64,000 nt of DNA from Novosphingobium sp. (GTDB taxonomy: Bacteria > Pseudomonadota > Alphaproteobacteria > Sphingomonadales > Sphingomonadaceae). Of the stretch, positions 27,761 to 39,056 are shown piece by piece (position 1 is the first letter of the stretch; each line of letters starts with the position of its first letter). A program made the position numbers and the translations under genes. The notes beneath the pieces are model-generated. The model had not been told where the DNA came from, ran no database searches, and saw only the letters and a program-made list of their open reading frames with translations. The stretch is from NCBI RefSeq assembly GCF_031424035.1, contig NZ_JANPGP010000070.1, positions 65,482 to 129,481 on the forward strand, in the 5' to 3' direction.

Positions 27761-29605
27761 TTACTCCTCTACCGCTTCGATCCGCGCGAGCAGGGCGTCC
27801 ACCTGCACCTGCGCTCCGGCCACGGCCTTCAGTTCCGCCACGGTGCCATCGAACGGCGCGGTGAGGGAGTGTTCCATCTTCATCGCCTCAAGCGTGAGCA
27901 GCTTCTGCCCCTTGGTGACGGTCTGGCCTTCGGTGACTTCCACGGCGATGATCTTGCCCGGCATGGGGGAGAGGATATCGCCGTCGTGGGCACCGTGGTG
28001 GCCGCTGCCATCGACGCGCCAGGGCAGCATTTGCCAAACCTTGCCGTTCTCTGCGATCAGGACCGAGCTTTCACCACCGCCCTCCGCTTCGCCATCGAGT
28101 TCGATGTCGATCGACTCGCCATCGAGTAAGAAGGACGCAACACGGCGCGGCGGGGCGTTGAGCCGAAGCCCCGGAGCAAAGCTGGCGGGAGTCAGCGACA
28201 TTGCCGCTTCGAGCAGCATTTCGTCCGAAGGCTCGGGATCGGCGGCCATGGCGTCGCCGTCGCGGCCGATCAGCCCAGTGTCGACCTTGCCGGCGGCGAA
28301 TTCCTCGTGCGCCAGCGCATTGATCAGGAAGGCGGCGTTTGTCTTTACCGGCCAGACGGCGCTGTCGTGCAGCATGTCGGACAGCCGCTCGCTCGCTTCA
28401 TCGCGAGTTTCGCCATGGGCGATCAGCTTGGCAATCATCGGGTCGTAGAACGGGGTGACCTCACCGCCCTCATAGACGCCGGTATCAATGCGTCCGCCTT
28501 CGACCTCGCCCAGTTCAAACAGCTCGAGCGTACCGATCGAGGGCAAAAACCCCTTGGCCGGATCCTCGGCATAGAGCCGCGCTTCCATTGCCCAGCCGTT
28601 GATGCTGAGCTCGTCCTGCTTCATCGGGATCGGCTCGCCGCTGGCAACGCGGAGCTGCCATTCGACGAGGTCGACGCCGGTGATTTCCTCGGTCACCGGG
28701 TGTTCCACCTGCAGGCGCGTGTTCATTTCCATGAACCACACCCGGTCGGCGCGCAGGCCTTCGGAACCGTCGGCGATGAATTCGATGGTGCCCGCGCCCT
28801 CATAGTCGACCGCCTTGGCGGCGCGGACAGCGGCGGCGCAGACGGCCTCACGCGTGGCCTCGTCCATGCCGGGGGCGGGGGCTTCCTCGATCACCTTCTG
28901 GTGCCGGCGCTGGAGCGAGCAGTCGCGCTCGAACAGGTGGACGACATTGCCGTGGCTGTCACCAAACACCTGAACTTCGATGTGCCGGGGAGAGAGAATG
29001 TATTTCTCGATCAGCACGTGGGCATTGCCAAAGGAATTCGCAGCCTCACGCTGGCACGAGGCGAGCGCATCGGCAAAGTCTTCCGCCGCCTCGACCAGTC
29101 GCATACCCTTGCCGCCGCCGCCGGCGACTGCCTTGATCAGCACCGGATAGCCGATCTCCCCAGCTTCCTGTGCGAGGTGCGCCGGGTCCTGATCGTCGCC
29201 GAGATAGCCCGGAGTGCAGGGCACTCCTGCGGCGATCATCAGCTTCTTGGCCGCGTCCTTCAGGCCCATCGCGGTGATGCTGGCAGGCTTGGGGCCGACC
29301 CAGACAAGGCCCGCGTCCATCACCGCCTGCGCGAATTCGGCGTTCTCGGAGAGGAAGCCGTATCCTGGATGGATAGCCTCGGCTCCGGTCGCCTTGGCAG
29401 CGGCGATGATCTTCTCGCCAACGAGGTAGGATTCGCGCGCCGCCGAGGGGCCGATATGCACTGCCTCGTCCGCCGAACGAACGTGCAGCGCCTTGGCATC
29501 AGCATCGGAATAGACCGCGACGGTGCGGATACCCATGGCCCGCGCCGTGCGGATCACGCGGCAGGCAATTTCGCCGCGATTGGCGATGAGGAGGCTCTTG
29601 ATCAT
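27761..29605 (-). CDS. liuD: 3-methylcrotonyl-CoA carboxylase alpha subunit (biotin carboxylase plus BCCP)
   Basis: LIANRGEIA, HPGYGFLSEN, GGGGKGM, RDCSLQRRHQKV, EMNTRLQVEH and biotin motif EAMKM; leucine operon context. Confidence 0.88.
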   Translation of the reverse strand: MIKSLLIANRGEIACRVIRTARAMGIRTVAVYSDADAKALHVRSADEAVHIGPSAARESYLVGEKIIAAAKATGAEAIHPGYGFLSENAEFAQAVMDAGLVWVGPKPASITAMGLKDAAKKLMIAAGVPCTPGYLGDDQDPAHLAQEAGEIGYPVLIKAVAGGGGKGMRLVEAAEDFADALASCQREAANSFGNAHVLIEKYILSPRHIEVQVFGDSHGNVVHLFERDCSLQRRHQKVIEEAPAPGMDEATREAVCAAAVRAAKAVDYEGAGTIEFIADGSEGLRADRVWFMEMNTRLQVEHPVTEEITGVDLVEWQLRVASGEPIPMKQDELSINGWAMEARLYAEDPAKGFLPSIGTLELFELGEVEGGRIDTGVYEGGEVTPFYDPMIAKLIAHGETRDEASERLSDMLHDSAVWPVKTNAAFLINALAHEEFAAGKVDTGLIGRDGDAMAADPEPSDEMLLEAAMSLTPASFAPGLRLNAPPRRVASFLLDGESIDIELDGEAEGGGESSVLIAENGKVWQMLPWRVDGSGHHGAHDGDILSPMPGKIIAVEVTEGQTVTKGQKLLTLEAMKMEHSLTAPFDGTVAELKAVAGAQVQVDALLARIEAVEE

Positions 29606-30155
29606 TTCGCTTCTTTCAAGACCTCCCCGGAACGGGGAGGGGGACCGCCAGCCGCAGGCTGGTGGTGGAGGGGTAAACGCCCATTACAGGCCGCAACAAT
29701 AGTCTGGATCGCGCCAGACAAATCCTTGAGCACGAAGCTTGCTGGCAAACGCAGTACCTCAAACCCGCGCGATTGCAGGTACGCAATTCGCCGGAGATCA
29801 CGTTCAGGTCGGTCACCATGATCGTGAATGCGGCCATCGATTTCGATGGCAACACGGCATTCGAGGCAGGCGAAATCAAGTACCAGTTCGCTTAGCGGAT
29901 GCTGACGCCGAAACTTGAAGCCGCCCGGTCTTTTGCGCAGTTCGCGCCAGACCAGAACTTCGGGCAAGTTGCCAGAGCGCCGCTCGCGCCTGGCCAGCCT
30001 GAAAGCGGCGACGCTGGCGGATAGCACCCCTCCACCACTGCCTTCGGCGTGGTTCCCCTCCCCGTTCCGGGGAGGTGTTTTTGCAGTGTTGCCCAAGACC
30101 TCCCCGTTCCGGGGAGGGGGACCGCCGCGAAGCGGGGGTGGAGGGGTGGACATCA

Positions 30156-30159
<4 letters not shown>
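29602..30159 (-). CDS. DUF559 / Vsr-like PD-(D/E)XK endonuclease domain protein with repeat-derived termini
   Basis: [23 protein letters not shown]...LDFAC...AIEIDGRIH...DLRR...[10 protein letters not shown]; 4-nt overlaps with both neighbours. Confidence 0.85.
29617..29674 (+). repeat. Palindromic repeat copy A (DUF559-associated)
   Basis: CAAGACCTCCCCGGAACGGGGAGGGGGACCGCCAGCCGCAGGCTGGTGGTGGAGGGGT. Confidence 0.9.
30026..30076 (-). repeat. Palindromic repeat copy B (inverted relative to A and C)
   Basis: Reverse complement reads ACCTCCCCGGAACGGGGAGGGGAACCACGCCGAAGGCAGTGGTGGAGGGGT. Confidence 0.9.
30094..30147 (+). repeat. Palindromic repeat copy C (DUF559-associated)
   Basis: CAAGACCTCCCCGTTCCGGGGAGGGGGACCGCCGCGAAGCGGGGGTGGAGGGGT. 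Confidence 0.9.
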
Positions 30160-31753
<1,594 letters not shown>

Positions 31754-31757
<4 letters not shown>

Positions 31758-32014
31758 TTGGCGTCCTTTTTCTTGCGGATCAGATATTGATACACGCCGA
31801 TGATGTTGATGATCAGCATGAGGATGTTCTGCACGCCGATGCCGGCACTGTCGGGCGTGAGAAAGCCCCATGCGATCAGCGCGATCGACGATGTGACAAA
31901 GAGGACGAAGGCCCAGCCGGTCTGCCGGCGACCAAGATCGAGCGAAATCACGGCCGCCGCAATGACGCTGGCCGCCGCGCCGTACCACTGCAGAACGGTG
32001 ATGAGGGTATCCAT
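31754..32014 (-). CDS. Small three-helix membrane protein
   Basis: 86 aa from ATG at 32014 ([12 protein letters not shown]...), three hydrophobic segments and a basic C-terminus; overlaps both neighbours. Confidence 0.7.
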
Positions 32015-32361
32015 CAGGCGCCGATCATTGCGAGAATGCCAGCCCCGGCAATTACCGGCCAGCCAACGTGCTTTCCCCGCGTCGCCAGAAGACCAATCAA
32101 AGCAATTGCTATCCATAGCGCTCCGACCAGCCGAATTAGCGCCTGAGGGGTTTCCGGCCACGCGACAGTTGCCGCGTTTGCAAGCACGAATCCACTCATG
32201 GCATGCCAGGCGTATCGGGTCAGCTGACGCTTGAACGGATCAGCCAGATAACCCTCCCGTCGCCGCAGAGGGCCACCGATAATGCGCTTTTCACCAAGCC
32301 ATGAATGGGCGGCTGCGGTTACGACCATCAGGACCGCTGAAAGGGTGAGCAGGATATTCAC
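32014..32361 (-). CDS. Small four-helix membrane protein, hypothetical
   Basis: 115 aa, hydrophobic, with AAHSWLGE and YAWH segments; GTGA overlap with the ivd stop. Confidence 0.7.
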   Translation of the reverse strand: MNILLTLSAVLMVVTAAAHSWLGEKRIIGGPLRRREGYLADPFKRQLTRYAWHAMSGFVLANAATVAWPETPQALIRLVGALWIAIALIGLLATRGKHVGWPVIAGAGILAMIGA

Positions 32362-33512
32362 GCGCCGATCAGCTCTCGGCCGATAAGCATCCGGCGGATC
32401 TCGTTGGTGCCCGCGCCGATATCGAGCAGCTTGGCATCGCGCAGGTATCGTTCCACCGGCCAGTCCTTCGTGTAACCTGCGCCGCCCAATGCCTGAACCG
32501 CCTCGCCCGCGACACGGAAAGCCGACTCGCTGGCCAGCAGGATCGCCCCGGCGGCGTCAAAGCGTGTGGTCTGCCCAAGGTCGCAGGCCTTGGCCACGGC
32601 ATAGACATAGGCCCGCGCCGATTGCAGCGACACGTACATGTCCGCAACCTTGGCCTGCATCAGCTGGAAGGTGCCGATGGCCTGGCCGAACTGCTTGCGT
32701 TCGCGCACAAAGGGAATGACTGTATCGAGACAGGCCTGCATGATGCCGAGTTGCAGCCCGGCGAGTACCACGCGTTCGTAATCGAGACCCGACATCAGCA
32801 CGCCGACGCCGCCGTTGAGCGGACCCATGACGCGGTCTTCGGGGATGAAGCAATCATCGAACACCAGCTCTGCCGTGGGCGATCCGCGCATGCCCATCTT
32901 GTCGATCTTCTGCCCGATGGTGAATCCGGCGTCGTCCTTCTCAATCAGGAAGGCGGTGATGCCGCGCGAACCTTCACCGGTCTTGGCATAGACCACCAGC
33001 GTATCGGCATAGGTTCCGTTGGTGATCCAGAACTTGGTGCCGTTAAGCCGGAAGCCGCCTTCGACCGCGACGGCCTTGAGCTTCATCGAGACGACGTCCG
33101 AACCCGCGCCAGCTTCGGACATGGCAAGGCTGCCGACGTGTTCGCCGGAGATCAGGCCCGGCAAGTACTTCGCCTTCTGCTCGGGCGTGCCCCAGCGGCG
33201 GATCTGGTTGACGCAGAGGTTCGAATGCGCGCCGTACGACAGCCCAACCGAAGCCGAGGCGCGGCTGACTTCCTCGACCGCGATCACGTGTTCGAGATAG
33301 CCGAGCCCAAGCCCGCCGGATTCTTCCTCCACGGTAATGCCATGCAGGCCAAGTTCGCCCATCGCGGGCCACAGTTCACGGGGGAACCAGTCATCCGCGT
33401 CAACCTTGGCGGCCAGCGGGGCGATCTGTTCGTCAGCGAAGCGGGCGGTGGCCTCGCGGATCATGTCGGCGCTCTCGCCAAGGCCGAAATCGAAGTGCGG
33501 TGTCGCGCGCAT
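32358..33512 (-). CDS. ivd: Isovaleryl-CoA dehydrogenase
   Basis: SVGLSYGAHSNLCVNQ, LAMSEAGAGSDVVSM, LMSGLDYERVVL, DAKLLDIGAGTNEIRRMLIGREL. Confidence 0.93.
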   Translation of the reverse strand: MRATPHFDFGLGESADMIREATARFADEQIAPLAAKVDADDWFPRELWPAMGELGLHGITVEEESGGLGLGYLEHVIAVEEVSRASASVGLSYGAHSNLCVNQIRRWGTPEQKAKYLPGLISGEHVGSLAMSEAGAGSDVVSMKLKAVAVEGGFRLNGTKFWITNGTYADTLVVYAKTGEGSRGITAFLIEKDDAGFTIGQKIDKMGMRGSPTAELVFDDCFIPEDRVMGPLNGGVGVLMSGLDYERVVLAGLQLGIMQACLDTVIPFVRERKQFGQAIGTFQLMQAKVADMYVSLQSARAYVYAVAKACDLGQTTRFDAAGAILLASESAFRVAGEAVQALGGAGYTKDWPVERYLRDAKLLDIGAGTNEIRRMLIGRELIGA

Positions 33513-33586
33513 GGCAAAGTCCTCTCTGGCGGAGAGGCTAGCACTGACTGATCACCGGACAAAATTGATTGAAGGAGAGATTTACG

Positions 33587-33601
33587 ATAGGTTGAGCCTA
33601 T
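33587..33601. promoter_or_regulatory. LysR-type binding site (T-N11-A)
   Basis: ATAG-gttgagc-CTAT overlapping the LysR start codon, between the divergent lysR and ivd genes. Confidence 0.6.
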
Positions 33602-34457
33602 GATGAAGCGCGCGCACCTCCGCCAGTTCCTTGCCGTGGTCGATACCGGCAACTTCACTCGCGCTGCAGAGCGAGTCGGCGTGGCGCAGCCAAGCCTGTC
33701 CGCAGGGATCGCCGAGCTTGAGCGGCTGGTGGGGGCCAAGCTGTTCCTGCGCGATCGGCGGCGCATACGCCTGACCGATGCGGGCAACCGCCTGCTTGCC
33801 CACGCCCGCGCCATCGAACGAGAGTTTCGCGAGGCTGAGGCGAGCCTTGCCGCCTCCGCCCCAGTCGCCTCACCATTGGTCGTGGGCGTGCTGCCCTCGC
33901 TGGCGACCGATATGCTGTCGCGCTGCATGAGCGCCTGGAGCGGCGAGCGCGCGCTGGTCTTGACCGAAGGCACCGATGCGGAATTGCGCAAGCGCTTGTC
34001 CGATGGGCAACTGGATGCCGCTGTCACTCTTCTAAGACTCGAAGACGGCGAGCGTCCCTCGCTCGATCTCTTTGAAGAGGCCTATGTGCTGATGCTGCCG
34101 CAATCTCATCCGTTGGCAGGGTCGGAAATCGTCGACGCCGCACAGGTGGCAGGCGAAACCATGATCGCGCGCCGTTCCTGCGAAATCCTTGCCGATACCA
34201 GCCGCTGGTTCACTCAGCGCGGCGTGCGTCCGCCGTTTTTCATGCGCTCGGCCAATGACGATCGCTGCATGGAAATGGTGCGGATCGGGATGGGCGTGAC
34301 GACCGCGCCTGCATCCTTGGCCCGCGCAGGCATCAATGCTGTGCCGTTGGCAGGCTATGACTTCAGGCGCCGCATCGGGCTGTTGTTGCCACGCGGCCAT
34401 GCCGGCGAGGCGGGCGATCACCCGCTCGCGCTCGCGTTCCAGCAGGGTCGTACCTAA
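33600..34457 (+). CDS. LysR family transcriptional regulator
   Basis: LRQFLAVVDTGNFTRAAERVGVAQPSLSAGIAELE...LFLR...LTDAG. Confidence 0.93.
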   Translation: MMKRAHLRQFLAVVDTGNFTRAAERVGVAQPSLSAGIAELERLVGAKLFLRDRRRIRLTDAGNRLLAHARAIEREFREAEASLAASAPVASPLVVGVLPSLATDMLSRCMSAWSGERALVLTEGTDAELRKRLSDGQLDAAVTLLRLEDGERPSLDLFEEAYVLMLPQSHPLAGSEIVDAAQVAGETMIARRSCEILADTSRWFTQRGVRPPFFMRSANDDRCMEMVRIGMGVTTAPASLARAGINAVPLAGYDFRRRIGLLLPRGHAGEAGDHPLALAFQQGRT

Positions 34458-34467
34458 AGGATCTGGC

Positions 34468-35706
34468 CTAGACCGCGCCGGCAGCCTTGAACTGTGCGAC
34501 GCGGGTCGCATCAAAGCCGAGCTCGCTCAGCAGTTCGTCTGTATGCTCGCCGATCAGCGGCGGGGGGCGGCGGATCGTCGCCGGACTTTCCGACATGCCG
34601 GCCAGCGGACTGGCGATCAGATCGACATAGCCCGCTTCGGCATGGGGGTGCGGGATGCGGGCCCGCAGGCCGCGATGCTTGACTTGCTCGTCTTCCCACA
34701 CCTCGGGAAGCTCGTTGTACTTCGCCGCCGGAATGCCGACGCCGTCGAGCAGGTCGAGGAGCTGGACTGCAGTGAACTGGCGACTCCACTGGTTGATGAT
34801 GTCGATCAGCTCGGCCCGGTTGGTCTTGCCGCGCTTGAAATTGCTGTCGAAGCGCTCGTCAGTGAACAGTTCAGGCTGTTCCATCAGCACAGTGAGCCGG
34901 CGATAATGCTCGTCGGTTCCGGCAGTGAGATAGACAATGCCGTCGCTGCCATAGATCAAGTCGGCGGGACCGCCGCCATTGCCGCCATTGCCAAGCCGGG
35001 GAGGGGCCTCGCCGCTCAGCAGGTAGTCTTGCATGATGTGGCTGACCATCGCGACCGAGGTGTCGAGCAGGGCAATGTCAATATATTGGCCCTCGCCCGT
35101 CACGCTGCGACGCATCAGCGCGCCGAGGATGGCGATGGCAGTGTTGTGGCCGGTGACAAAGTCGACGAGGCTGGGTCCCGCCTTAAGCGGACCGGCACCG
35201 GGCTGGCCCGCCGGAACACCGGTTACCGCCATCATGCCGCCAGTTGCCTGGAACAGCCCATCATAGCCGGGCTTCGGCGCCATCGGGCCGGTCTGGCCGT
35301 ACCCGGTGACCGAACAATAGATTAGCCGCGGGTTGATTGCCTTGAGGCTCTCGAAATCGAGCCCGAAACGCTTGAGGTCGCCGACCTTGTAATTCTCGAT
35401 CAGCACGTCCGCCGTCTTGACCAGTTCGCGCAGGATTTCCTGACCTTCCTGCTTTGAATGGTTGAGCGTGATCGAACGCTTGTTGCGGTTGGCTACGGTG
35501 AAGAAGCTCGACTGGCGGGCATCGAGCCCGTCCTTGCCCTGCAAAAAGGCGAGGCCATAGCCGCGGCCATCATCGCCCACGCCGGGGCGTTCGATCTTGA
35601 TCACGTCGGCGCCAAGATCGCCCAGGATCTGTGCGCCCACCGGGGCGGCGAAAACGCGGGACATGTCGATGACGCGGATACCCGCGAGTGCGCTGTTGTC
35701 GGTCAT
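34468..35706 (-). CDS. Family III (CaiB/BaiF) CoA transferase
   Basis: LAGIRVIDMSRVFAAP, LGDLGADVIKIE, NRNKRSITL, ADVLIENY, PGYD, PPLIGEHT. Confidence 0.92.
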   Translation of the reverse strand: MTDNSALAGIRVIDMSRVFAAPVGAQILGDLGADVIKIERPGVGDDGRGYGLAFLQGKDGLDARQSSFFTVANRNKRSITLNHSKQEGQEILRELVKTADVLIENYKVGDLKRFGLDFESLKAINPRLIYCSVTGYGQTGPMAPKPGYDGLFQATGGMMAVTGVPAGQPGAGPLKAGPSLVDFVTGHNTAIAILGALMRRSVTGEGQYIDIALLDTSVAMVSHIMQDYLLSGEAPPRLGNGGNGGGPADLIYGSDGIVYLTAGTDEHYRRLTVLMEQPELFTDERFDSNFKRGKTNRAELIDIINQWSRQFTAVQLLDLLDGVGIPAAKYNELPEVWEDEQVKHRGLRARIPHPHAEAGYVDLIASPLAGMSESPATIRRPPPLIGEHTDELLSELGFDATRVAQFKAAGAV

Positions 35707-35843
35707 GGCTGTTATCTAGCCAGCCGCCTCGCCCCCGCCAAGCGAGCGGCGGGCGAGGGCGCCAATACCGCTCCAGCGTTCTCGACGCGGGGCAGGGCCG
35801 GGGCTATCCGAAGGCTCAGACAGAATACCGAAAGGGCAGAGGC

Positions 35844-36617
35844 GTGAAAGTTGCGATCATAACCGGAGCGGGCAGCGGCATTGGCCTCGAAGCCGCGAAG
35901 ATGCTGGCGGTGGCGGGCATTGCGGTTGTCGGCGTCGGCCGCGACATGGCCAAGCTGACCACGCTCGAAGCCGCGATAGGCAACCCTGACCTCGTCGCGA
36001 CCATCTCGGTCGATGTGACGGCGGACGATGCGCCGGCGCGGATCGTGGGGCTCGCGCTCGAACGGTTCGGCCGCATCGACTGCCTCGTCAACAATGCCGG
36101 CGTCGGCAGCCCGAAACCTGTGCATGAGGCAAGCGACAGCGATTTCGACAGCTTTATCGACATCATGCTCAAGGCGCCGTTCCGCCTGATCCGTGAATGC
36201 CTTGGTCACATGGGTGAGGGCGGCTCGATCGTGAACGTAACCAGCACTTTCGCCCACATCGGCGGACGGCGCGGGGGGGCTTACTCTGCGGCCAAGGGCG
36301 GTCTCAAGTCGCTCACCGAGCATATGGCTTGCGAATATGGGCCACGCGGTATCCGCTCGAACTGCGTCGCGCCCGGCGTGACCATGACTGAGATGGTTGC
36401 CCACCGCTTTGATGACGAAGTGTTCAAGCGCGCCAACGTGGAAACCACGCCTTACCCGCGCCTTGCCAATCCGGAAGACATCGCCAGCGTCATCGCATTC
36501 CTCTGTTCGCCGGGCAGTGAGATGATCAACGGGCAGTCGATTGTCGTCGATGGCGGCTGGAACAACACCAAGTACCTCAGCCCCCGCGCCACCAGCACCA
36601 AATGGGTCGAACAGTGA
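35844..36617 (+). CDS. Short-chain dehydrogenase/reductase
   Basis: GTG at 35844; TGAGSGIG, NNAG, YSAAK, VVDGG. Confidence 0.9.
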   Translation: MKVAIITGAGSGIGLEAAKMLAVAGIAVVGVGRDMAKLTTLEAAIGNPDLVATISVDVTADDAPARIVGLALERFGRIDCLVNNAGVGSPKPVHEASDSDFDSFIDIMLKAPFRLIRECLGHMGEGGSIVNVTSTFAHIGGRRGGAYSAAKGGLKSLTEHMACEYGPRGIRSNCVAPGVTMTEMVAHRFDDEVFKRANVETTPYPRLANPEDIASVIAFLCSPGSEMINGQSIVVDGGWNNTKYLSPRATSTKWVEQ

Positions 36618-36997
36618 GCGCAGAGCTCACCAAGATCATCATCGGGCTTAAGCGCCGGCCCGGAATGTCGGTGCAGGAATTCCGCGACTATTACGAGAAT
36701 GTCCACACCAAGGTCGCGGGCAAGTACACCCAGCCGGGCATGGTCTATTATGCCCGCCGCTACCTCGATCCGCTGCCGCACCTGGACACCAAGGAGGTCC
36801 ACGAACCCGAGTTCGATGTGATCACCGAGCTTTGGTACGACGATCCCAAGGCCGCAGCAGGCCTCATCTGGATGGTCAGTGAGGGCAAGCTGCCTACCGA
36901 TGTGTTCGAGGACGAGCACAATGTCTTTGATCGGCCAAAGACGCGCTACTTCATGACCACCGAATGCGCCACCGATCTGGGTCAGGGCGACCGGTAA
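36614..36997 (+). CDS. EthD family (dimeric alpha-beta barrel) protein
   Basis: LKRRPGMSVQEFRDYYENVH...FDVITELWYD...DEHNVFD; GTGA overlap with the SDR. Confidence 0.8.
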   Translation: MSAELTKIIIGLKRRPGMSVQEFRDYYENVHTKVAGKYTQPGMVYYARRYLDPLPHLDTKEVHEPEFDVITELWYDDPKAAAGLIWMVSEGKLPTDVFEDEHNVFDRPKTRYFMTTECATDLGQGDR

Positions 36998-37410
36998 ATT
37001 GTGTAGCGGCGTGAGGTAAAGCGCCACTCCTCTCCATCGTGCAGGAACTTGTCCTCATAGTCGCCGATCAGTTCGCTGCCGCTGGGAAACACCGTGGCGA
37101 TCATCAGCGAGGTGGCAGACGCCGTGTCGCCTTCCACGGTAACGATCAGGTTATGGATCGCCGGAAACACCCGCGATGCTGCGCCTGAGGAGCCGATCGA
37201 GGCGGCAACCTCTTCCCGTCCCACCTTGCGATAGCGCCGCACCGCTGCCTCTGGCTGAAGCGGATCAGCATCGCGCACTTCGAAAGTGGCATCTTGCGTA
37301 AACAGCGCGCTGCAGGCCTCCGGGCGGCCCCTCCGTATATTGAGCGCATAGGTGTGCACGAGGTCGGCGATCTCCGCCTTCGCAGCCAGGGTCTTGACGG
37401 TGTCGGACAC
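36982..37410 (-). CDS. SnoaL-like / NTF2 family protein
   Basis: AEIADLVHTYA...LFTQDA...HNLIVTVEGDTA...GDYED...WRFTSR. Confidence 0.8.
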   Translation of the reverse strand: MSDTVKTLAAKAEIADLVHTYALNIRRGRPEACSALFTQDATFEVRDADPLQPEAAVRRYRKVGREEVAASIGSSGAASRVFPAIHNLIVTVEGDTASATSLMIATVFPSGSELIGDYEDKFLHDGEEWRFTSRRYTIYRSP

Positions 37411-37517
37411 GTGCCTCTCCTGCCGGTCTATCGCTATACGGATGTTGCGCGGCTGCTACTGGACGGCAAGCCTTTTCCCGCGCAAAGGCGGCGCATGTGC
37501 CCAATCGCGAGGTTTCC

Positions 37518-38954
37518 ATGAGCTACACCCGTTTCCTCAAGCAGCAGTGCTACATCGATGGCAAGTGGTGCGATGCCGATAGCGGCGGTTCGTTCGATGT
37601 CACCGATCCGGGTAGCGGCGAGAAGATGGGCACCGTGCCGAATATGGGGGCGGCGGAAACCGAACGCGCGATTGCTGCCGCTGATGCGGCGCTGCCTGCA
37701 TGGCGGGCGAAGACCGCTGGCGACCGCGCCAAGATCATGCGCAAGTTCTTTGACCTGATGATCGCCAATCAGGATGCGCTGGGCGAACTGCTCAGCCGCG
37801 AACAGGGCAAGCCCTTTGCCGAGGCCAAGGGCGAAATCGCCTATTCCGCCAGCTTCATCGAATGGTTCGCAGAAGAGGGCAAGCGCGCATACGGTGAAGT
37901 CGTCCCCAGCCACGCGGCTGACCGCCGGATCGTAACGCTCAAGCAGGGCATCGGCGTTGTCGGCGCGATTACGCCGTGGAATTTCCCCTCCGCTATGATC
38001 GGGCGCAAGCTCGGCCCGGCACTCGCGGCTGGCTGCACCATGGTGCTCAAGCCGGCATCCGCTACGCCCTATTCGGCGCTGGCTCTGGCGGTACTGGCGG
38101 AAGAAGCGGGCATTCCGGCGGGCGTGTTCAACGTCGTTACCGGATCGGCCCGCGCCATCGGCGGCGAACTGACCCGCAACCCCACCGTGCGCAAGATCAC
38201 CTTCACGGGATCGACCGAGATCGGCATCGAGCTGATGCGCCAGAGCGCCGACACGATGAAGAAGCTGTCGATGGAACTGGGCGGCAACGCGCCATTCATC
38301 GTGTTCGACGATGCTGATGTCGATGCCGCGATCGAAGGCGCGATGGTCTCCAAGTTCCGCAACAACGGCCAGACCTGCGTCTGCACCAACCGCTTTTATG
38401 TCCAGGACGCGGTTTATGACGAATTCGTCCACAAGCTCGCCAAGCGGGCCTCCGAGATGAAGATCGGCTACGGCATGGATGAAGGTGTCGTGGTCGGCCC
38501 ACTGATTGATGAGGCTGCGGTCGAAAAGGTCGAGGAACATCTTGAGGATGCACTGGCAGGCGGCGCAACCCTGCTGGCTGGTGGCAAGCGTCTGGAAGGC
38601 ACGTATTTCCAGCCGACTGTGGTCGCCAACGTCAAGCCCGACATGAAGTTGGCGCGTGAGGAAACCTTTGGCCCGCTCGCCGGGGTGATCCGTTTCCAGA
38701 CTGAGGCCGAGGCAATCGAATTGGCCAATGCCAGCGAGTTCGGCCTCGCCGCCTATTTCTATGCGCGCGACCTGGGCCGCGTCTGGCGCGTGGCTGAGGC
38801 CCTCGAATCGGGCATCGTCGGGATCAACACCGGTCTGATTTCGACCGAAGTTGCACCGTTTGGCGGGGTGAAGATGTCAGGCCTCGGCCGCGAAGGATCG
38901 CGCCACGGGCTCGATGACTTCATGGAGCTGAAGTACCTCTGCATGGGCATCTGA
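37518..38954 (+). CDS. gabD: NAD(P)-dependent succinate-semialdehyde dehydrogenase
   Basis: EWFAEEGKR, ITPWNFP, FTGST, MELGGNAP, KFRNNGQTCVC, EETFGP, GREGS; ATG at 37518. Confidence 0.9.
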   Translation: MSYTRFLKQQCYIDGKWCDADSGGSFDVTDPGSGEKMGTVPNMGAAETERAIAAADAALPAWRAKTAGDRAKIMRKFFDLMIANQDALGELLSREQGKPFAEAKGEIAYSASFIEWFAEEGKRAYGEVVPSHAADRRIVTLKQGIGVVGAITPWNFPSAMIGRKLGPALAAGCTMVLKPASATPYSALALAVLAEEAGIPAGVFNVVTGSARAIGGELTRNPTVRKITFTGSTEIGIELMRQSADTMKKLSMELGGNAPFIVFDDADVDAAIEGAMVSKFRNNGQTCVCTNRFYVQDAVYDEFVHKLAKRASEMKIGYGMDEGVVVGPLIDEAAVEKVEEHLEDALAGGATLLAGGKRLEGTYFQPTVVANVKPDMKLAREETFGPLAGVIRFQTEAEAIELANASEFGLAAYFYARDLGRVWRVAEALESGIVGINTGLISTEVAPFGGVKMSGLGREGSRHGLDDFMELKYLCMGI

Positions 38955-38962
38955 ACCCCCAT

Positions 38963-39054
38963 GAGTCCCCGCGAAGGCGGGGCCTCAGGAGGTCGGGAGC
39001 CGACGCGAGTGAGGTGCCGAAGGGCCTGAGGCCCCCGCCTTCGCGGGGGAGCTC
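38963..39054. repeat. REP-like inverted doublet between convergent genes
   Basis: GAGTCCCCGCGAAGGCGGGGCCTCAGG ... CCTGAGGCCCCCGCCTTCGCGGGGGAGCTC. Confidence 0.85.
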
Positions 39055-39056
39055 GC

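Noticed and set aside
29617-30147. Possible CRISPR array or classical IS at the DUF559 repeats
   Set aside because: Only three copies in mixed orientation with irregular spacing, and no cas genes, DDE/HUH transposase or visible target-site duplication; reported as a REP-like cassette instead
31758-31988. 610-aa long form of the carboxyltransferase
   Set aside because: The extension overlaps the 86-aa membrane gene in another frame; ATG 31757 gives the typical 533 aa
35719-35762. GC-rich hairpin between the divergent CoA transferase and SDR genes
   Set aside because: Imperfect, with no U-tract and no similarity to the other repeat families; could be chance at this GC content
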